Source: Eledone cirrhosa (lineage: Eukaryota). From it: 64,000 nt of DNA. The stretch is from positions 265,980,001-266,044,000 of the forward strand of contig OZ024742.1 of assembly GCA_964016885.1 (NCBI GenBank). The letters run 5' to 3'. Position 1 is the first letter of the stretch. Every line of letters starts with the position of its first letter. The position numbers were made by a program, and so were the translations under genes. Positions 42,608 through 57,000 of this stretch are shown one piece after another. The notes beneath the pieces are model-generated. The model was not told the DNA's origin. It saw only the letters and a program-made list of their open reading frames with translations, and did no database searches.

Positions 42608-43195
42608 ATCACTACCGCCGCTATTCTCTCCCGCTACCCCCTGCTACATTGTAGAATTCTCACTAAAAGAGGAAAACATCAAAATATATAAATAGACTGA
42701 ATTGATGACCAGGTCAAAATTTTTTTTAAAAAATCAAAATCAAGTTTTAGTTTTAACAAAATGTTTAATTCCAATATTAAGAAAAATATGTCAACACATA
42801 TACGCGACTAATGATAATTTCACTAAAGATAATTTCACCACCAGTGCCACCACCAGTGCCACCACCACTGCCACGATGAAAACACTGGTCAAGTCGACTC
42901 AAATTTCTACTCCATCTTCAACACCATCGCTACAGTAATACGACCACATTGCCACCGCCGCTGCCTCATTATCGCTACCACCGCTATTCTCTCCCACTAC
43001 CTCCTGCTAGTTGCTGCTGGCACAGCACCGCCACCGCCGCCGCCGCCGCTGCCTCATTGTCACTACGGCCGCTATTCTCTCCTGCTAGCCCCTGCTACAT
43101 TGTAGAATTCTCACTAAAAGAGGAAGGCATCAAAATATATAAATAGACTGAATTGATGACCCGGTCAAAATCAAAAAAAAAAAAATCAAAATCAA
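42608..43195. repeat. Degenerate direct repeat (~460 bp period), related to 49280-49600
   Basis: cccctgctacattgtagaattctcactaaaagaggaa...ggtcaaaat at ~42637 and ~43089. Confidence 0.75.
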
Positions 43196-43399
43196 AGCAG
43201 CACAGCAATAACGAAAAATGTGAAGGAAATAAAAATGAAGAGAAAAACAAACGGACGGACAGAGAAGGGAAGGGAAAAACTAAGTCAGACATTCAAACAC
43301 TACATTAAAATGAAACTTATGCTTATTCATTTTTGGGGGTTTTTCTGCCTGTTTGTTTGTTTGTTTGTTTGTTTATTTGGGTTCGTCTACAGCGTGATA

Positions 43400-46300
43400 A
43401 TGCCACACAAAAGTCACGTGGAGTGACGAAACCACCGGAGACAAGTAATTCACCGGTGGTTATGTAACCATACATTCGCCAATCCTCGATAAGAGTGTTT
43501 AAATGTCGAACCTAAACAGTTCGAATAACGGTGAAATGGAGACTAGAATGTCATGTGACAGACTCTCACCCAACAGGTGCTCCCTGGCTCAGCAGCAGGG
43601 ACCTGGCTGTCAACCAAATACTGCTGGTTTCGGAGGAAGAAGAAGAAGGAAAGGGACCAGAACCAACTGGACGAAAGAATTGAATAGAACTGTTATGCAA
43701 TGTTACCTGAAGAGTAACCCCAAGGAGAAAGGCTATAGGAAAAGGATGCATAACATCTGGAACGAGATTGGTCCATTTAAATTAGATGAACAAAAACTGG
43801 CCGGGCAGGCTCGGGTAATAAGAACTAATGGGTGGATAAGCGAGCTGGAACTGGAGGAACTGAGCAGAGAGATTAGCTTGGAGATGGAGGGTGGAGTATG
43901 CCAGGCAAACGAGCCAGTGGGAAATGAAAGTGAAGAGGTCGAGAGAACGGAGGAACCACCCGAAGCAGACAATGATCTGAATGCTGAGATAAATAATACC
44001 TGGAACAGAGATACGGTCACTGAGGAGATGAATGCTGACGGGCTAGGACAAGATTTGGTTGATATCCTAAACTTAGTGGTAGATGAATTGAACAATGATA
44101 GTGGGAGACCTATGAACCTAAGATTTGTAGACAGGAAAAAGTTAAAAGAAACAACAGCTAAGGTAAACAAAGTCATCCCATACCTTGAGGCGAGGAGCCT
44201 TCACCAGTGCAACAATATCCTCAAAGCAACAGCAAATACGGTGAGGAAACTACTTGGTATAAAAGCGAGAGGAAACAACAGACAAGAAGGTGGAAGAAAC
44301 GACTGAGTGGTCAAATTAGGGAAATGAGAAATGACATTGGAAAGCTTGAGTCCCTACTGAATGGGACACTAAAAAACATAGACACTAAAAATAGACTGGA
44401 AATAAAGTACAAAACTAGGAGGAAAAAGCTAAATATTATCATAGAGGAACTGAAGCAACGCATTGTAGCAAAGAGTGCAAAAATCAGGCGATACGAGAAC
44501 AGAGTCAGTCAGTATAGACAGAACCGCATGTTCGACAATAACCAGAAGATGCTGTTTGGACAGCTTGAAGGGAAAGAAAGAGGCAACGACTTGATCCCTG
44601 AGGCGGAACAAACTAAAACATTCTGGAGAGGAATATGGGAGCAGGATGTTAAACATAATGACCAGGCAGTGTGGATTGAGACAGTACAGAAGGAGATTAG
44701 TGAACAGGCACACCAACAAACTGATTTGAGTATCACAGTTGAAACTCTTAAGGGGCAGGCCAAAAAACTAACCAACTGGAAATCACCTGGCCCAGATGGT
44801 GTGCAGGGGTATTGGATTAAAAACATAACATCCCTCCACCCGAAACTGACAACCATGTTCAATGACTGCTTGATGTCAGGTGAGGTACCAGAGTGGTTGA
44901 CTAAAGGTACCACAGTTCTGATAATAAAAGACTGAATCAAGGGTAATGATGTTACCAACTATAGACCTATCACATGTCTGTCCGTAATGTGGAAACTGTT
45001 GACAAGCATTATGTCTGAGGAAATCTACCATCACCTCCACACAAACAACTTGTTGCCGGACGAACAGAAAGGATGCCGAAAGAAGTCACGTGGTACAAAG
45101 GACCAGTTACTTATTGATAAGATGGTAATGAGGAATTGCAGGAGGAGACACACTGGTCTTGCCATGGGATGGATAGACTACAAAAAGGCATTTGACATGG
45201 TGCCTCATTCTTGGATCACCAAAAGCCTGGAGATCTTCAAGGTGGCGGATAACATCAGACAGTTGTTGGGCAAAAGTATGAAGTCCTGGGAAACAGAGTT
45301 AACATCAACTTGAGAATCCTTGGGAAGCATGAAGATCAAGAGAGGTATCTTCCAGGGAGATAGTCTGTCCCCTCTGTTGTTTGTCCTTGCCCTGATGCCC
45401 CTGACCAGTATACTGCGAAAAGTGAGAGCAGGATACAGGTTGGGAAAGGGAGGGCTTACCATCAATCACCTCCTCTTCGTGGACGATCTTAAGCTCTTCG
45501 GGAAGAGTGAGAAGGAGTTGGATGTGCTTGTTGACACTTTCCGTATTTTCAGCAATGATATATGTATGCAATTTGGTATTAGTAAGTGTGGAGTGATTGT
45601 GATGAGGAGGGGTAAGTTGAGCAGAAGTAACGGAATCCAGATACCAACAGGTGAGATGATAAAGGAAATTGACTCTGAGGAAGGATACAAGTATTTGGGC
45701 GTTCTGGAGGCTGATGACATCAAGAACAAAAAAATGAAGGAATTGATAAGAACTGAATACCTTCGGAGAGTAAGGAGCGTATTAAAGTCACATCTGAACA
45801 GTAGGAATGCCATAAGTGCAGTAAATTCCCGAGCTGTGTCTATTATTAGGTACAGTGCGGGAATTCTGAGATGGAATGTTGCTGAACAAAAAGAAATGGA
45901 TAGGAAGACTAGGAAGCTATTGACTATCTACAATATGTTGCACAAGAGGAGTGATGTCGATAGACTCTACTTAAGGAGATCTGAAGGTGGAAGAGGTCTT
46001 ATCAGCATAGAGGACTGTGTTCAGATGGGGAAAAACAACCTACACAAATACGTGACTGATAATAAGGAGCCAATGCTCAGAACTGTACTGAAGGAGGGGA
46101 CAATAGGCCAGGGGATGTCCAAGGAGGAAATAACATCAAGGAGAAAGAGCAGCCTTCAGGAAAAATCCCTTCATAGTACCTTCTTTGAGAAAACTGAATT
46201 TAGAAATCCACAGACATGGAACTGGTTGAAAAGAGGAGACCTTAAAAAGGCTACAGAAGGAACGTTAATGGCTGCGCAGGAGCAGGCCCTCAAAACGAAG

Positions 46301-46980
46301 TGGTTGAAACACCACATTTACAAGGAGTAGGCTAGCCCACTGTGCAGGATCTGTGGAGAGAGAGAGGAGACTGTGGCTCACATTGTATCCGAGTGTAAAC
46401 ACCTGGCCCAGACTCACTATAAGGGCTGGAGACATGATGTGATGGGCAGGGTGATCCACTGGCACCTATGCAAAGTAAACAATTTACCACATTCTGAGAA
46501 GTGGTATGAGCATAAGCCAGAGGCGGTGATAGAAAATGATCAGGTGAAGGTGCTGTGGGATTTTAGGATACAGACGGAGAAGAAACTGGAACACAATAGA
46601 CCTGACCTGGTGGTTTTGGACAAAGAAAAAAGATCGTGCCTGATTGTGGATGTGGCCTGCCCATTCGACAAGAGAAGGAGAGGGAGAAAATTAACCGATA
46701 CCAGGACTTAAAGTGGGAGGTAAAAAGGATTTGGAACTGCCATGAAGTCAAAGTGATCCCGATTGTCATAGGCGCACTAGGGACTATCTCAAAAAGTTTC
46801 CAGGGATGGTTAAAGAAAATTGGCCCCTTCACGCTTTTTGGAACGCTTCAAAAGGCATGCTTGCTGGGAACAGCAAGAACCCTCCGATACGTCCTGAATA
46901 TCTGAGGCTGCAGGTAGTGGCTTGATATTCATCTCAACAAACTTTCCAGTTAACTAGCATCAATGACTGAGACTCAAAGA
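43400..46980 (+). mobile_element. Near full-length R4/Dong-type RLE LINE family A (single ORF, pseudogenised)
   Basis: ATG at 43503; [38 protein letters not shown]; CCHC, RHD, RPD..VD endonuclease; frameshift ~44290, stops at 44933, 45311 and 46328, deletion ~46670; (AAT)n tail. Confidence 0.95.
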
Positions 46981-46988
46981 GTAATAAC

Positions 46989-47053
<65 letters not shown>

Positions 47054-47129
47054 GGACGCACAACTAACTACATTAAAAGGCGGTGGTTCATTGTTTGTTG
47101 ACTTGAAAAAACAAAACAAAAATATAATA

Positions 47130-47300
47130 ATGATTTTTTTTTTATTAGCCACAAGGGCCTACATATAGGGGACAATACAATAGACAGGGACAGTTGGGAA
47201 GTAACTTCAGGTTGGCTGGCTGGTGACTTGTGGCTGCTGTTTAAAATTTCATTTGTGTAATTCATTTACCATATCTAGCAGAATGCACAACTAACTAACT
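47130..47300 (-). mobile_element. Possible 3' tip of a Tx1-related LINE
   Basis: ttagccacaag...ggaca at 47145 resembles the Tx1 3' end at 58067. Confidence 0.45.
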
Positions 47301-47342
47301 AGATGAAAGGGTACTTCATTGTTCTTTACCTTGAAAAAAAAG

Positions 47343-47426
<84 letters not shown>

Positions 47427-47427
<1 letters not shown>

Positions 47428-48755
47428 GTGGAGTCATTGTGATGAAGAGGGGTAGGTTGAGCAGAAGTAACGGGATCCAGATACCAACAGGTGAGATGAT
47501 AAAGGAAATTGACTCTGAGGAAGGATACAAGTATTTGGGCGTTCTGGAGGCTGATGGCATAAAGAACAAAAAAATGAAGGAATTGTTAAGAACTGAATAC
47601 ATTCGGAGAGTAAGGAGCGTACTGAAGTCACATCTGAACAGCAGAAATGCCATAAGCGCAGTAAATTCCCGAGCTGTGTCTATTATTAGGTACAGTGCGG
47701 GAATTCTGAGATGGAATGTTGCTGAACAAAAAGAAATGGATAGGAAGACTAGGAAGCTATTGACTATCTACAACATGTTCCACAAGAGGAGTGATGTCGA
47801 TAGACTCTACCTAAGGAGATCTGAGGGTGGAAGATGTCTTATCAGCATAGAGGACTGTGTTCAGATGGAGAAAAACAACCTATACAAATACGTGACCTAT
47901 AGTAAGGAGCCAATGCTCAGAGCTGTACTGAAGGAGGGGACAGTAGGCCAGCGGATATCCAAGGAGGAAATAACATCAAGGAGGAAGAGCAGCCTTAAGG
48001 GAAAATCCCTTCATAGTACCTTCTTTGAGAAAACTGAATTTAGAGATCCACAGACATGGAACTGGTTGAGAAGAGGAGACCTCAAAAAGGCTACAGAAGG
48101 AATGCTAATGGCTGCGCAGGAGCAGGCCCTCAAAACGAAGTGGTTGAAGCACCATATCTACAAGGAGGAGGCTAGCCCACTGTGCAGGATCTGTGGAGAG
48201 AGAGAGGAGACTGTGGCTCACATTGTGTCCGAGTGTAAACACCTAGCCCAGACCCACTATAAGGGCTGGAGACACGATGTGATGGGCAGGGTGATCCACT
48301 GGCACCTGTGCAAAGTAAACAATCTACCACATTCTGAGAAATGGTATGAGCATAGGCCAGAGGCGGTGATGGAGAACAGTCAGGTGAAGGTGCTGTGGGA
48401 TTTTAGGATACAGACGGACAAAAAACTGGAACACAATAGACCTGACCTGGTGGTTGTGGACAAAGAAAAAAGATCGTGCCTGATTGTGGATGTGGCCTGC
48501 CCGTTCGACACGAGAGTTCAAGAGAAGGAGAGGGAGAAAATTAACCGATACCAGGACCTAAAGTGGGAGGTGAAAAGGATTTGGAACTGCCATGAAGTCA
48601 AAGTGATCCCGATTGTCATAGGCGCACTGGGGACTATCTCCAAAGGTTTCCAGGGATGGTTGAAGAAAATCGGCCCCTTCACGCTTTTTGGAACGCTTCA
48701 AAAGGCATGCTTGCTTGGAACAGCAAGAACCCTCCGATACGTCCTGAATATCTGA
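47427..48755 (+). CDS. 5'-truncated R4/Dong family A copy with uninterrupted RT thumb, CCHC and RLE frame
   Basis: YKYLG, CRICGEREETVAHIVSEC, RHD, RPDLVV, IVDVACP, KINRY; the poly-N start of the track ORF is the (AAT)n target. Confidence 0.92.
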
Positions 48756-48841
48756 GGCTGCAGGTAGTGGCTTGATATTCAATCCAACGGACTTTCCAGT
48801 TAACCAACATCAATGACTGAGATTCAAGGAATAACAATAAC

Positions 48842-48879
<38 letters not shown>

Positions 48880-49869
48880 GGGAAGAAGACGCACGAGGTG
48901 GTAGAAGGTCATGAAATCGCTCCCGTAAGTTTTTGATTTTTAACATATTTAAATCAATTGTGAAATAACAATTCTTAGTACAAATGTTGCATAATCCACC
49001 GAATGAAGTCCCATAAAATTTCGGATCCATATTATATTGTTATATCGCTCAAATATTCAATTTCGTATTATATATTTTGTATTAAAAAAAAAAAAATGGT
49101 TATAAATGGAAGAAAACACCCTCTGTCTACACTATATAGAACAGCCAAATAACAGCAATTTCACCAACACCAGAAAGTTGATACACCACCTATCCCATCA
49201 CACTAAATATAACAGCCAGATAACGGCAATTTCACCACCACCACCATCAATCCCGGCATGATAATAATAATTACTATTATTATTGTCTCAAATTTTAACA
49301 AAATGTTTAATTCCAATTTTACGGGAATATGTCAACACAATATATATTAAACATACGAACACAAACTCATAGATACTACATATCACAAAACCCAGTAACC
49401 ACAAAGCCACCGCCGCCACCACCCCATCCATCATCTTGCTACCACTATCCCATCGCCGCCGCGCCACCACTCCTTCATTGCTACCACCACTATTCCCCTG
49501 TTAACTTGAGAGAGAAAGGGGAAGGTGGCGGTATCACTAGACAAGGGAGAGGCTAGCAAAAGATATAAATAGATTGACTTAGTGACCTGGCCACCGGCCA
49601 AACGTCAACATCAACAACTATGGGACTGCTGGCTCACGCCTTCCTCACCAACAATATAAAAAGCCCCGGCACCACCACCGACATAGCCAACAACAATAAC
49701 AGGCAACTACAGCAAAAAGTATATTATATTATTGTAATGCACTGGGTGATTGCTGGCCTTGTGCCTGAAGTGGAGACAATTATTAATAATTTCATTCTTA
49801 AGCCACGCAATGCTCACATTAAGGAACCACTCATGATAATAACAATTTAAAAAAACAACAAAAAGAAAA

Positions 49870-52800
49870 CCCCGTGACCAAGAAATACCGGGATGGCGGC
49901 CGGCGGGGAATAGCCGTGTCTCTAGGGGAGAATGACTCCTCTAGTCTTGGTTGATACTCGTTCTAGAAGTGGTAACACGAAATGATTACCCCTTGGCGGA
50001 TAAGGATAAAACGCGACAAAATAAAGTAAATGTCTAATGATAAAATCTCATACCGGATCGGCCGTCACCCGGGTAAAAAAGGGCCGCGTCGCTCAGAGAG
50101 GAACCAGACTGGGGTCGAAAAATCAGCTAATGGTTCAAACCTTCCCATCACTTCGGAGCTGGAGACCTCCCATAACTGGAATACTCCTACTGTTGGCCCT
50201 CCATGCTCACCACCAAGAAATCCAAAGAAAAAGAGAGAAAAATGGTCAAGGGAAGATAATAAAGAAGTCCTTGAGGCTTTCTACACTGCCATGTACTACC
50301 CATCAAATACATCGAATACAGAACAGACATATATCAACTGGAAAAAGAAACATCCCGAAAACTGAGGCTATATTGACAGTAACAAACTAGCCAATATACG
50401 AAGAAATATTGTAAGAAAAAAGTTACTAACTGATATAGAAATTGATCAGATTAAGCAATTAGCACAAAGTCAGCGAAGGGAAATGAAACATGTGTCAGTG
50501 AAAACGAGGTAAACTGTAACACTTCGAACCCCAGGGTTGGGGCGGAATCACTGGCAACAGAACAAATTAAAGAAAGGATCGAAAAAGTGGAGGGAGTGCA
50601 TGCTCAGGATGAAACTCCAAATGAAAATAATGAGATCGTAAATGATAAAGAAATGAATGAGAATGAACTTGCCAACTTGAAGGATGAAATTATGATCGAA
50701 TGGATGAAAATGAAAGAATCTGACATGGGGCAACGAGACACCCTCCCTAAGATCCAGAACTCCAAACAGAACCAAAAGATAATACACAAGACTAACATAA
50801 TTCTCAAAAACATTATCATTCACAAACAAACTAAACATTACTGATTTAAATCATCTCTATTATGCATCGGCTAAAGTCACCACTCACTTATGTGGAGTGA
50901 AGATGAAAAAACAAAGGAATTCCCACAAGAAATCTACTTGGCAAGAGAACATCAATCGCCAAATAAACCTTCTCCGATCTGACATAGAAATTTTAACAAA
51001 CTATAAAGTAGGTGAACATGTTAAACAAACTAAACTTAGAAAATTGAAAAAAAATTACAGTATAAAATCAACATGTGACATAGACATGCTGATAGAAATG
51101 ATCAAGCAAAAAGTGTCGGCCAAAGCTGCTCGTATAAGGCGCTTTGAAAAACGATCTAGATTCTATAAGGACAATAATATGTTCAAAAACAACCAAAGAA
51201 ACTTCTACAGAAAAATTGGTAAGTCAACAATAACTGCTAAATCAATACCACCCAAGGAGGAAGTGCAAGAATTCTGGGAAAAGATCTGGGCCGAAGAAAA
51301 AGTTCATAACATACATGCCCCATGGATAGACAGACAAATGAAAGATACAGCTCACCTTGAGGAACAAATATGGGAAAATATAACAGTTGAACAGTTGCGC
51401 TTGGCTCTAAGAAAAACCAGCAAATGGAAATCCCCAGGAAAAGACAAAATACAAAACTTTTGGATAAATGCCTTCACAGAGTCTCATGAGCTGTTAGCCC
51501 AACTTTACAATGAAATAGTTAAGGAGCCAGAAAAGATACCATCATGGCTAGTTAACGGCATTACATTCCTGCTTCCGAAGAATGATGAGACAAACAATCC
51601 CCAAAATTATAGACCGATAACTTGCTTGACCACAATGTATAAAATTTTAACATCATTCCTAACTGAATACACATATGACCACCTGATAATAAATGACCTA
51701 TTTCCAATTGAGCAGAAAGGGTGTAAACGAGGCTCATATGGCTGTAAGGATCAGCTTCTGGTTAACAAAATGATACTGGAAGATTGTCATAATAGACACA
51801 AAAATCTATCGATTGCTTTGATAGATTATAAAAAAGCATTCGATAGTTTGCCACACAGTTGGATTGAAAAATGTTTAGAGATTTTCAAAATATCCCCCGT
51901 TGTCAGGAGGTTTTTGTCATTCAGTATGAAGACATGGAAAACGACACTCCTTTTGAATAGTGAAACAAAATCACTGGAAGCTGGAGAAGTTAATATTAAT
52001 TGTGGAATTTTTCAGGGTGACTCTTTATCACCGCTTTTATTCTGCATCGCACTTATACCATTAAGTAAAATGCTCAATGAAATAAAACATGGATATAAAG
52101 TCTATGACAAAACCATTAATCACCTGTTCTACATGGATGACCTGAAACTATTTGCAAAAAATGATGAACAATTGCAAGGGCTATTATCCACTGTGGAGCA
52201 GTTCAGTGATGACATTAAAATGGAGTTTGGACTAGATAAATGCGCCAAAGCAACGTTCACCAGAGGAAAGCTGCTGAAGAGTTCAGACATTAATCTTGAT
52301 CGGGGGAACGTGATAAGAGAACTTGATCAAGAAAAAACTTACAAATATCTAGGTGTTTGTGAAGGAGACGGAATCAAGCACTCGACAATGAGGGAAAGGA
52401 TAAGGAAGGAATGTTACCGCAGAGTAAGAGCAATTTTAAAAACGAAATTGAATTTTAAAGAATAGGATCGATGCCATAAACACGCTTGCCATACCAGTAG
52501 TAACCTACAGTTACAATGTCATCAACTGGTCAAGCACAGAGATCCGTAGGCTCGATACAAAAATTCGAAAATTCTTAACCATGCACAGAATGCATCACCC
52601 TAAGGCAGATATAGATAGAATATATCTCCCTAGGAAAGAAGGAGGACGTGGGTTAACCCAGTTAGACATTGCGTTGAAAACTGCAACAGTTGGATTATCT
52701 ACATATCTAAGGGAATCACGTGATTGGATGATGAAACTCGTTTTGAAACACGAAAGCATCAAAAGATCATATTCCATTACAAAAGATGCACAAAGACACA

Positions 52801-53825
52801 GTAATAGACTACAAATTTCAGAAGTCCCATTTACGGCTGAAATGGAAAACACAGAAAAAACAAAGCAGGTAAAAGTAACTGCAAAGAAAGAACTGCTACA
52901 GAAAATGGCTAAGAAATGGCAAGAAAAGCCTCTGTATGGAAAATACCCAGAGCGAGCTAACAATCCTTATGTTAACAAAACTTTAACCCATCAGTGGTTG
53001 GCATCCTCTGGACTGAAATCGGAGACTGAAGGACTGATTATATCAGCACAAGATCAGTGTCTGCCAACAAAAAATTACCAAGCCAACATAATAAAAAATG
53101 GATGCAGCCCATTATGCCGTGTATGCAAAAAACAACCAGAGACCATTGACCATATAATTTCAATGTGCAGTCCTATAGCTCCAAACCGAATACCTAAACA
53201 GGCATGACAGAGCTGCACAATACATACATTGGATAATGTGTAAGCATTTTGACCTGCCCCATCAAAAGAATTGGTGGGAGCATCAACCACCTCCCATACT
53301 TGAAAAAGATCACATCTCAATCTTGTGGAACTTTAGCATCCAAACAGACCGAAAAATAGATGCAAATAGACCTGATATAATATTGAAGGACTTTAAAAAG
53401 AGCGTATGCCTGCTAATTGATATGTCTGTTCCAATAGACAACAATGTATCTATAAAAACATTTGAAAAATTGAGCAAGTATAAGGACCTGGAGATAGAAA
53501 TTGGAAAAATGTGGAAATTGAGAACTAAAACAATACCAGTGGTTGTAGGCGCTCTGGGAATGATACCTAAGGGGTCTAATGATTACTTATCGCAGATCCC
53601 AGGAAACCCGCGTATAGGAGAAATACAAAAGATAGTACTAATGGGAACTGCCCATATACTAAGGAAGATTCTGTCAATATAAGTACATCACAAGTCTAAA
53701 CACTAAAGATGCATGTGTGAGTATGTATGTTCTTCCTTGAACATGGCGGACCTTGTTGTCTCTTGAGGTCACTGGTTGTGACTTGGTGATAACTCGTATG
53801 AACATAAAGCAAGATAAATGCAACT
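49870..53825 (+). mobile_element. Near full-length R4/Dong-type RLE LINE family B, copy 1
   Basis: WSREDNKEVLEAFY, WKSPGKD, YRPITCL, GIFQGDSLSP, FYMDD, CRVCKKQPETIDHIISMC, RPDII; several lesions; (AAT)n tail. Confidence 0.95.
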
Positions 53826-54087
53826 GTAATAATAATAATAATAATAATAATAATAGTGACCTGGCCACCGGCCAAATGTGAACGACTATGGCACTGCTGG
53901 CTCCCCCCTTCCCCACCAACAATAGAAAACAGCCCCAGCACCACCACCGACATAGCCAACAACAATAACAGGCAACTTCAGCAAAAAGTATATTATATTA
54001 TTAATAATTTCATTCTTAAGCCACGCAATGCTCACATTAAGGAACCACTCATGATAATAACAATTTTAAAAAAACAACAAAAAAGAA

Positions 54088-57000
54088 AACCCGTGACCAA
54101 GAAATACCGGGATGGCGGCCGGCGGGGAATAGCCGTGTCTCTAGGAGAGGACGACCCCTCTAGTCTTGGTTGACACTCGTCCTAGAAGTGGTAACACGAA
54201 ATGATTACCCCTTGGCGGATAAGGATAAAACGCGACAAAATAAAGTAAATGTCAAATGATAAAATCTCATACCGGATCGGCCGTCACCCGGGTCAAAAAG
54301 AGCCGCGTCCCTCAAAGAGGAACCAGACTGGGGTCGAAAAATCAGCTAATGGTTCAAACCTTCCCATCACTTCGTAGCTGGAGACGTCCCATAACCGGAA
54401 TACTCCTACTGTTGGCCCTCCATGCTCACCACCAAGAAATCCAAAAAAAAGAGAGAAAAATAGTCAAGGGAAGATAATAAAGAAGTCCTTGAGGCTTTCT
54501 ACACTGCCATGTACTACCCATCAAATACATCGAATACAGAACAGACATATATCAACTGGAAAAAGAAACATCCCGAAAACAGAGGCTATATTGACAGTAA
54601 CAAACTAGCCAATATACGAAGAAATATTGTAAAAAAAAAGTTACTAACTGATATAGAAATTGATCAGATTAAGCAATTAGCGCAAAGTCAGCGAAGGGAA
54701 AATGAAACGTGTGTCAGTGAAAACGAGGTAAATTGTAACACTTTAAATCCAAGGGTTGGGGCGGAATCACTGACAGCAGAACAAATTAAAGAAAGGATCG
54801 AAAAAGTGGAAGGAGTGCATGCTCAAGATGAAACTCAAAATGAAAACAATGAGGTCGTCAATGATAAAGAAATGAATGAGAATGAACTTGTCGACTTGAA
54901 GAATGAAATTATGATCGAATGGATGAAAATGAAAGAATCTGGCATGGAGGAACGAGGCACTCTCCCTAAGATCCAGAACTCCAAACAAAACCAAAGGATA
55001 ATACACAAGACTAACATAATTCTCAAAAACATTATCATCACAAATAAACTAAACATTACTGATTTATATCATCTCTATTATGCATCGGCTAAAGTCACCA
55101 CTCACTTATGTGGAGTGAAGATGAAAAAACAAAGGAATCCCCACAAAAAACCCACTTGGCAAGAGAACATCAATCGCTAAATAAACCTTCTCCGATCTGA
55201 CGTAGAAATTTTAGCAAACTACAAAGTAGGTGAATATGTTAAACAAACTAAACTTAGAAAACTGAAAAGAAAATACAGTATAAAATCAACAAGTGACATA
55301 GACATGCTGATAGAAACAATCAAGCAAAAAGTGTCGGCCAAAGCTGCTCGTATAAGGCGCTTTGAAAAACGATCTAGATTCTATAAGGACAATAATATGT
55401 TCAAAAACAACGAAAGAAACTTCTACATAAAAATTGGTAAGTCAACAATAACTGCTAAATCAATACCACCCAAGGAGGAAGTGCAAGGATTCTGGGAAAA
55501 GGTCTGGGCCGAAGAAAAAATTCATAATATACATGCCCCATGGATAGACAGACAAATGAAAAATACAGCTCACCTTAAGGGACAAACATGGGAAAATATA
55601 ACAGTTGAACAGTTGCGTTTGGCTCTTTAAAAAAACAGCAAATAGAAATCCCCAGGGAAAGACAAAATACCAAATTTTTGGATAAATGCCTTCGCAGAGT
55701 CTCGTGAGCTGTTAGCCCAATTTTACAATGAAATGGTTAAGGAGCCAGAAAAGATACCATCATGGCTAGTTAACGGCATTACATTCCTACTTCCGAAGAA
55801 TGATGAGACAAACAATCCCAAAAATTACAGACCGATAACTTGCTTGACCAGAATGTATAAAATTTTAACATCAGTCCTAACTGAATATACATATGATCAC
55901 CTGATAACAAATGACCTATTTCCCAATGAGCAGAAAGGGTGTAAACGAGGCTCATTTGGCTGTAAGGATCAGCTTTTGGTTAACAAAATGATCCTGGAAG
56001 ATTGTCATTATAGACACAAAAATCTATTGATTGCTTGGATAGATTATAAAAATGCATTCGATAGTTTGCCACACAGTTGGATTGAAAAATGTTTAGAGAT
56101 TTTCAAAATATCCCCCGTTGTCAGGAGGTCTTTGTCATTCAGTATGAAGACATGGAAAACGACACTCCTTTTGAATAGTGAAAAAAAAATCACTGGAAGT
56201 TGGAGAAGTTAATATTAATTGTGGAATTTTTCAGGGTGACTCTTTATCACCGCTTTTATTCTACATCACACTTATACCATTAAGTAAAATGCTCAATGAA
56301 ACAAAACATGGATATAAAGTCTATGACAAAACCATTAATCACCTGTTCTACATGGATGACGTGAAACTACTTGCAAAAAATGATGAGCAATTGCAAGGGC
56401 TATTATTCACTGTGAAACAGTTCAGTGATGATATTAAAATGGAGTTTGGACTAGATAAATGCGCCAAAGCCACGTTCACGAGAGGAAGCTACTGAAAAGT
56501 TCAGACATTAATCTTGATCGGGGGAATGTGATAAGAGAACTTGATCAAGAGGAAACTTACAAATATCTAGGTGTTTGTGAAGGAGACGGAATCAAGCACT
56601 CGACAATGAAGGAGAGCATAAGGAAGGAATGTTACCGCAGAGTAAGAGCAATCTTAAAAACGAAATTGAATTTTAAAGAATAGGATCGATGCCATAAACA
56701 CGCTTGCCATACCAGTAGTAACCTACAGTTACAATGTCATCAACTGGTCAAGCACAGAGATCCGTAGGCTCGATACAAAAATTTGAAAATTCTTCACCAT
56801 GCACAGAATGCTTCACCCTAAGGCAGATACAGATAGAATATATCTCCCTAAGAAAGAAGGTGGACGGGTATTAATCCAGTTAGATATTGCTTTGAAAACT
56901 GCAACAAATGGATTATCTACATATCTAAGGGAATCACATGATTGGATGATCAAACTCGTTTTTGAAACATGAAAGCATCAAAAGATCATACTACATTACA

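Noticed and set aside
44930-45315. Two in-frame TGA codons in Dong-A as programmed read-through
   Set aside because: The same copy also has a TAG and frameshifts, so it is simply decayed.
47319-47427. Poly-Asn N-terminal domain fused to an RLE protein
   Set aside because: It is an (AAT)n target tract in frame with a 5'-truncated LINE by chance.
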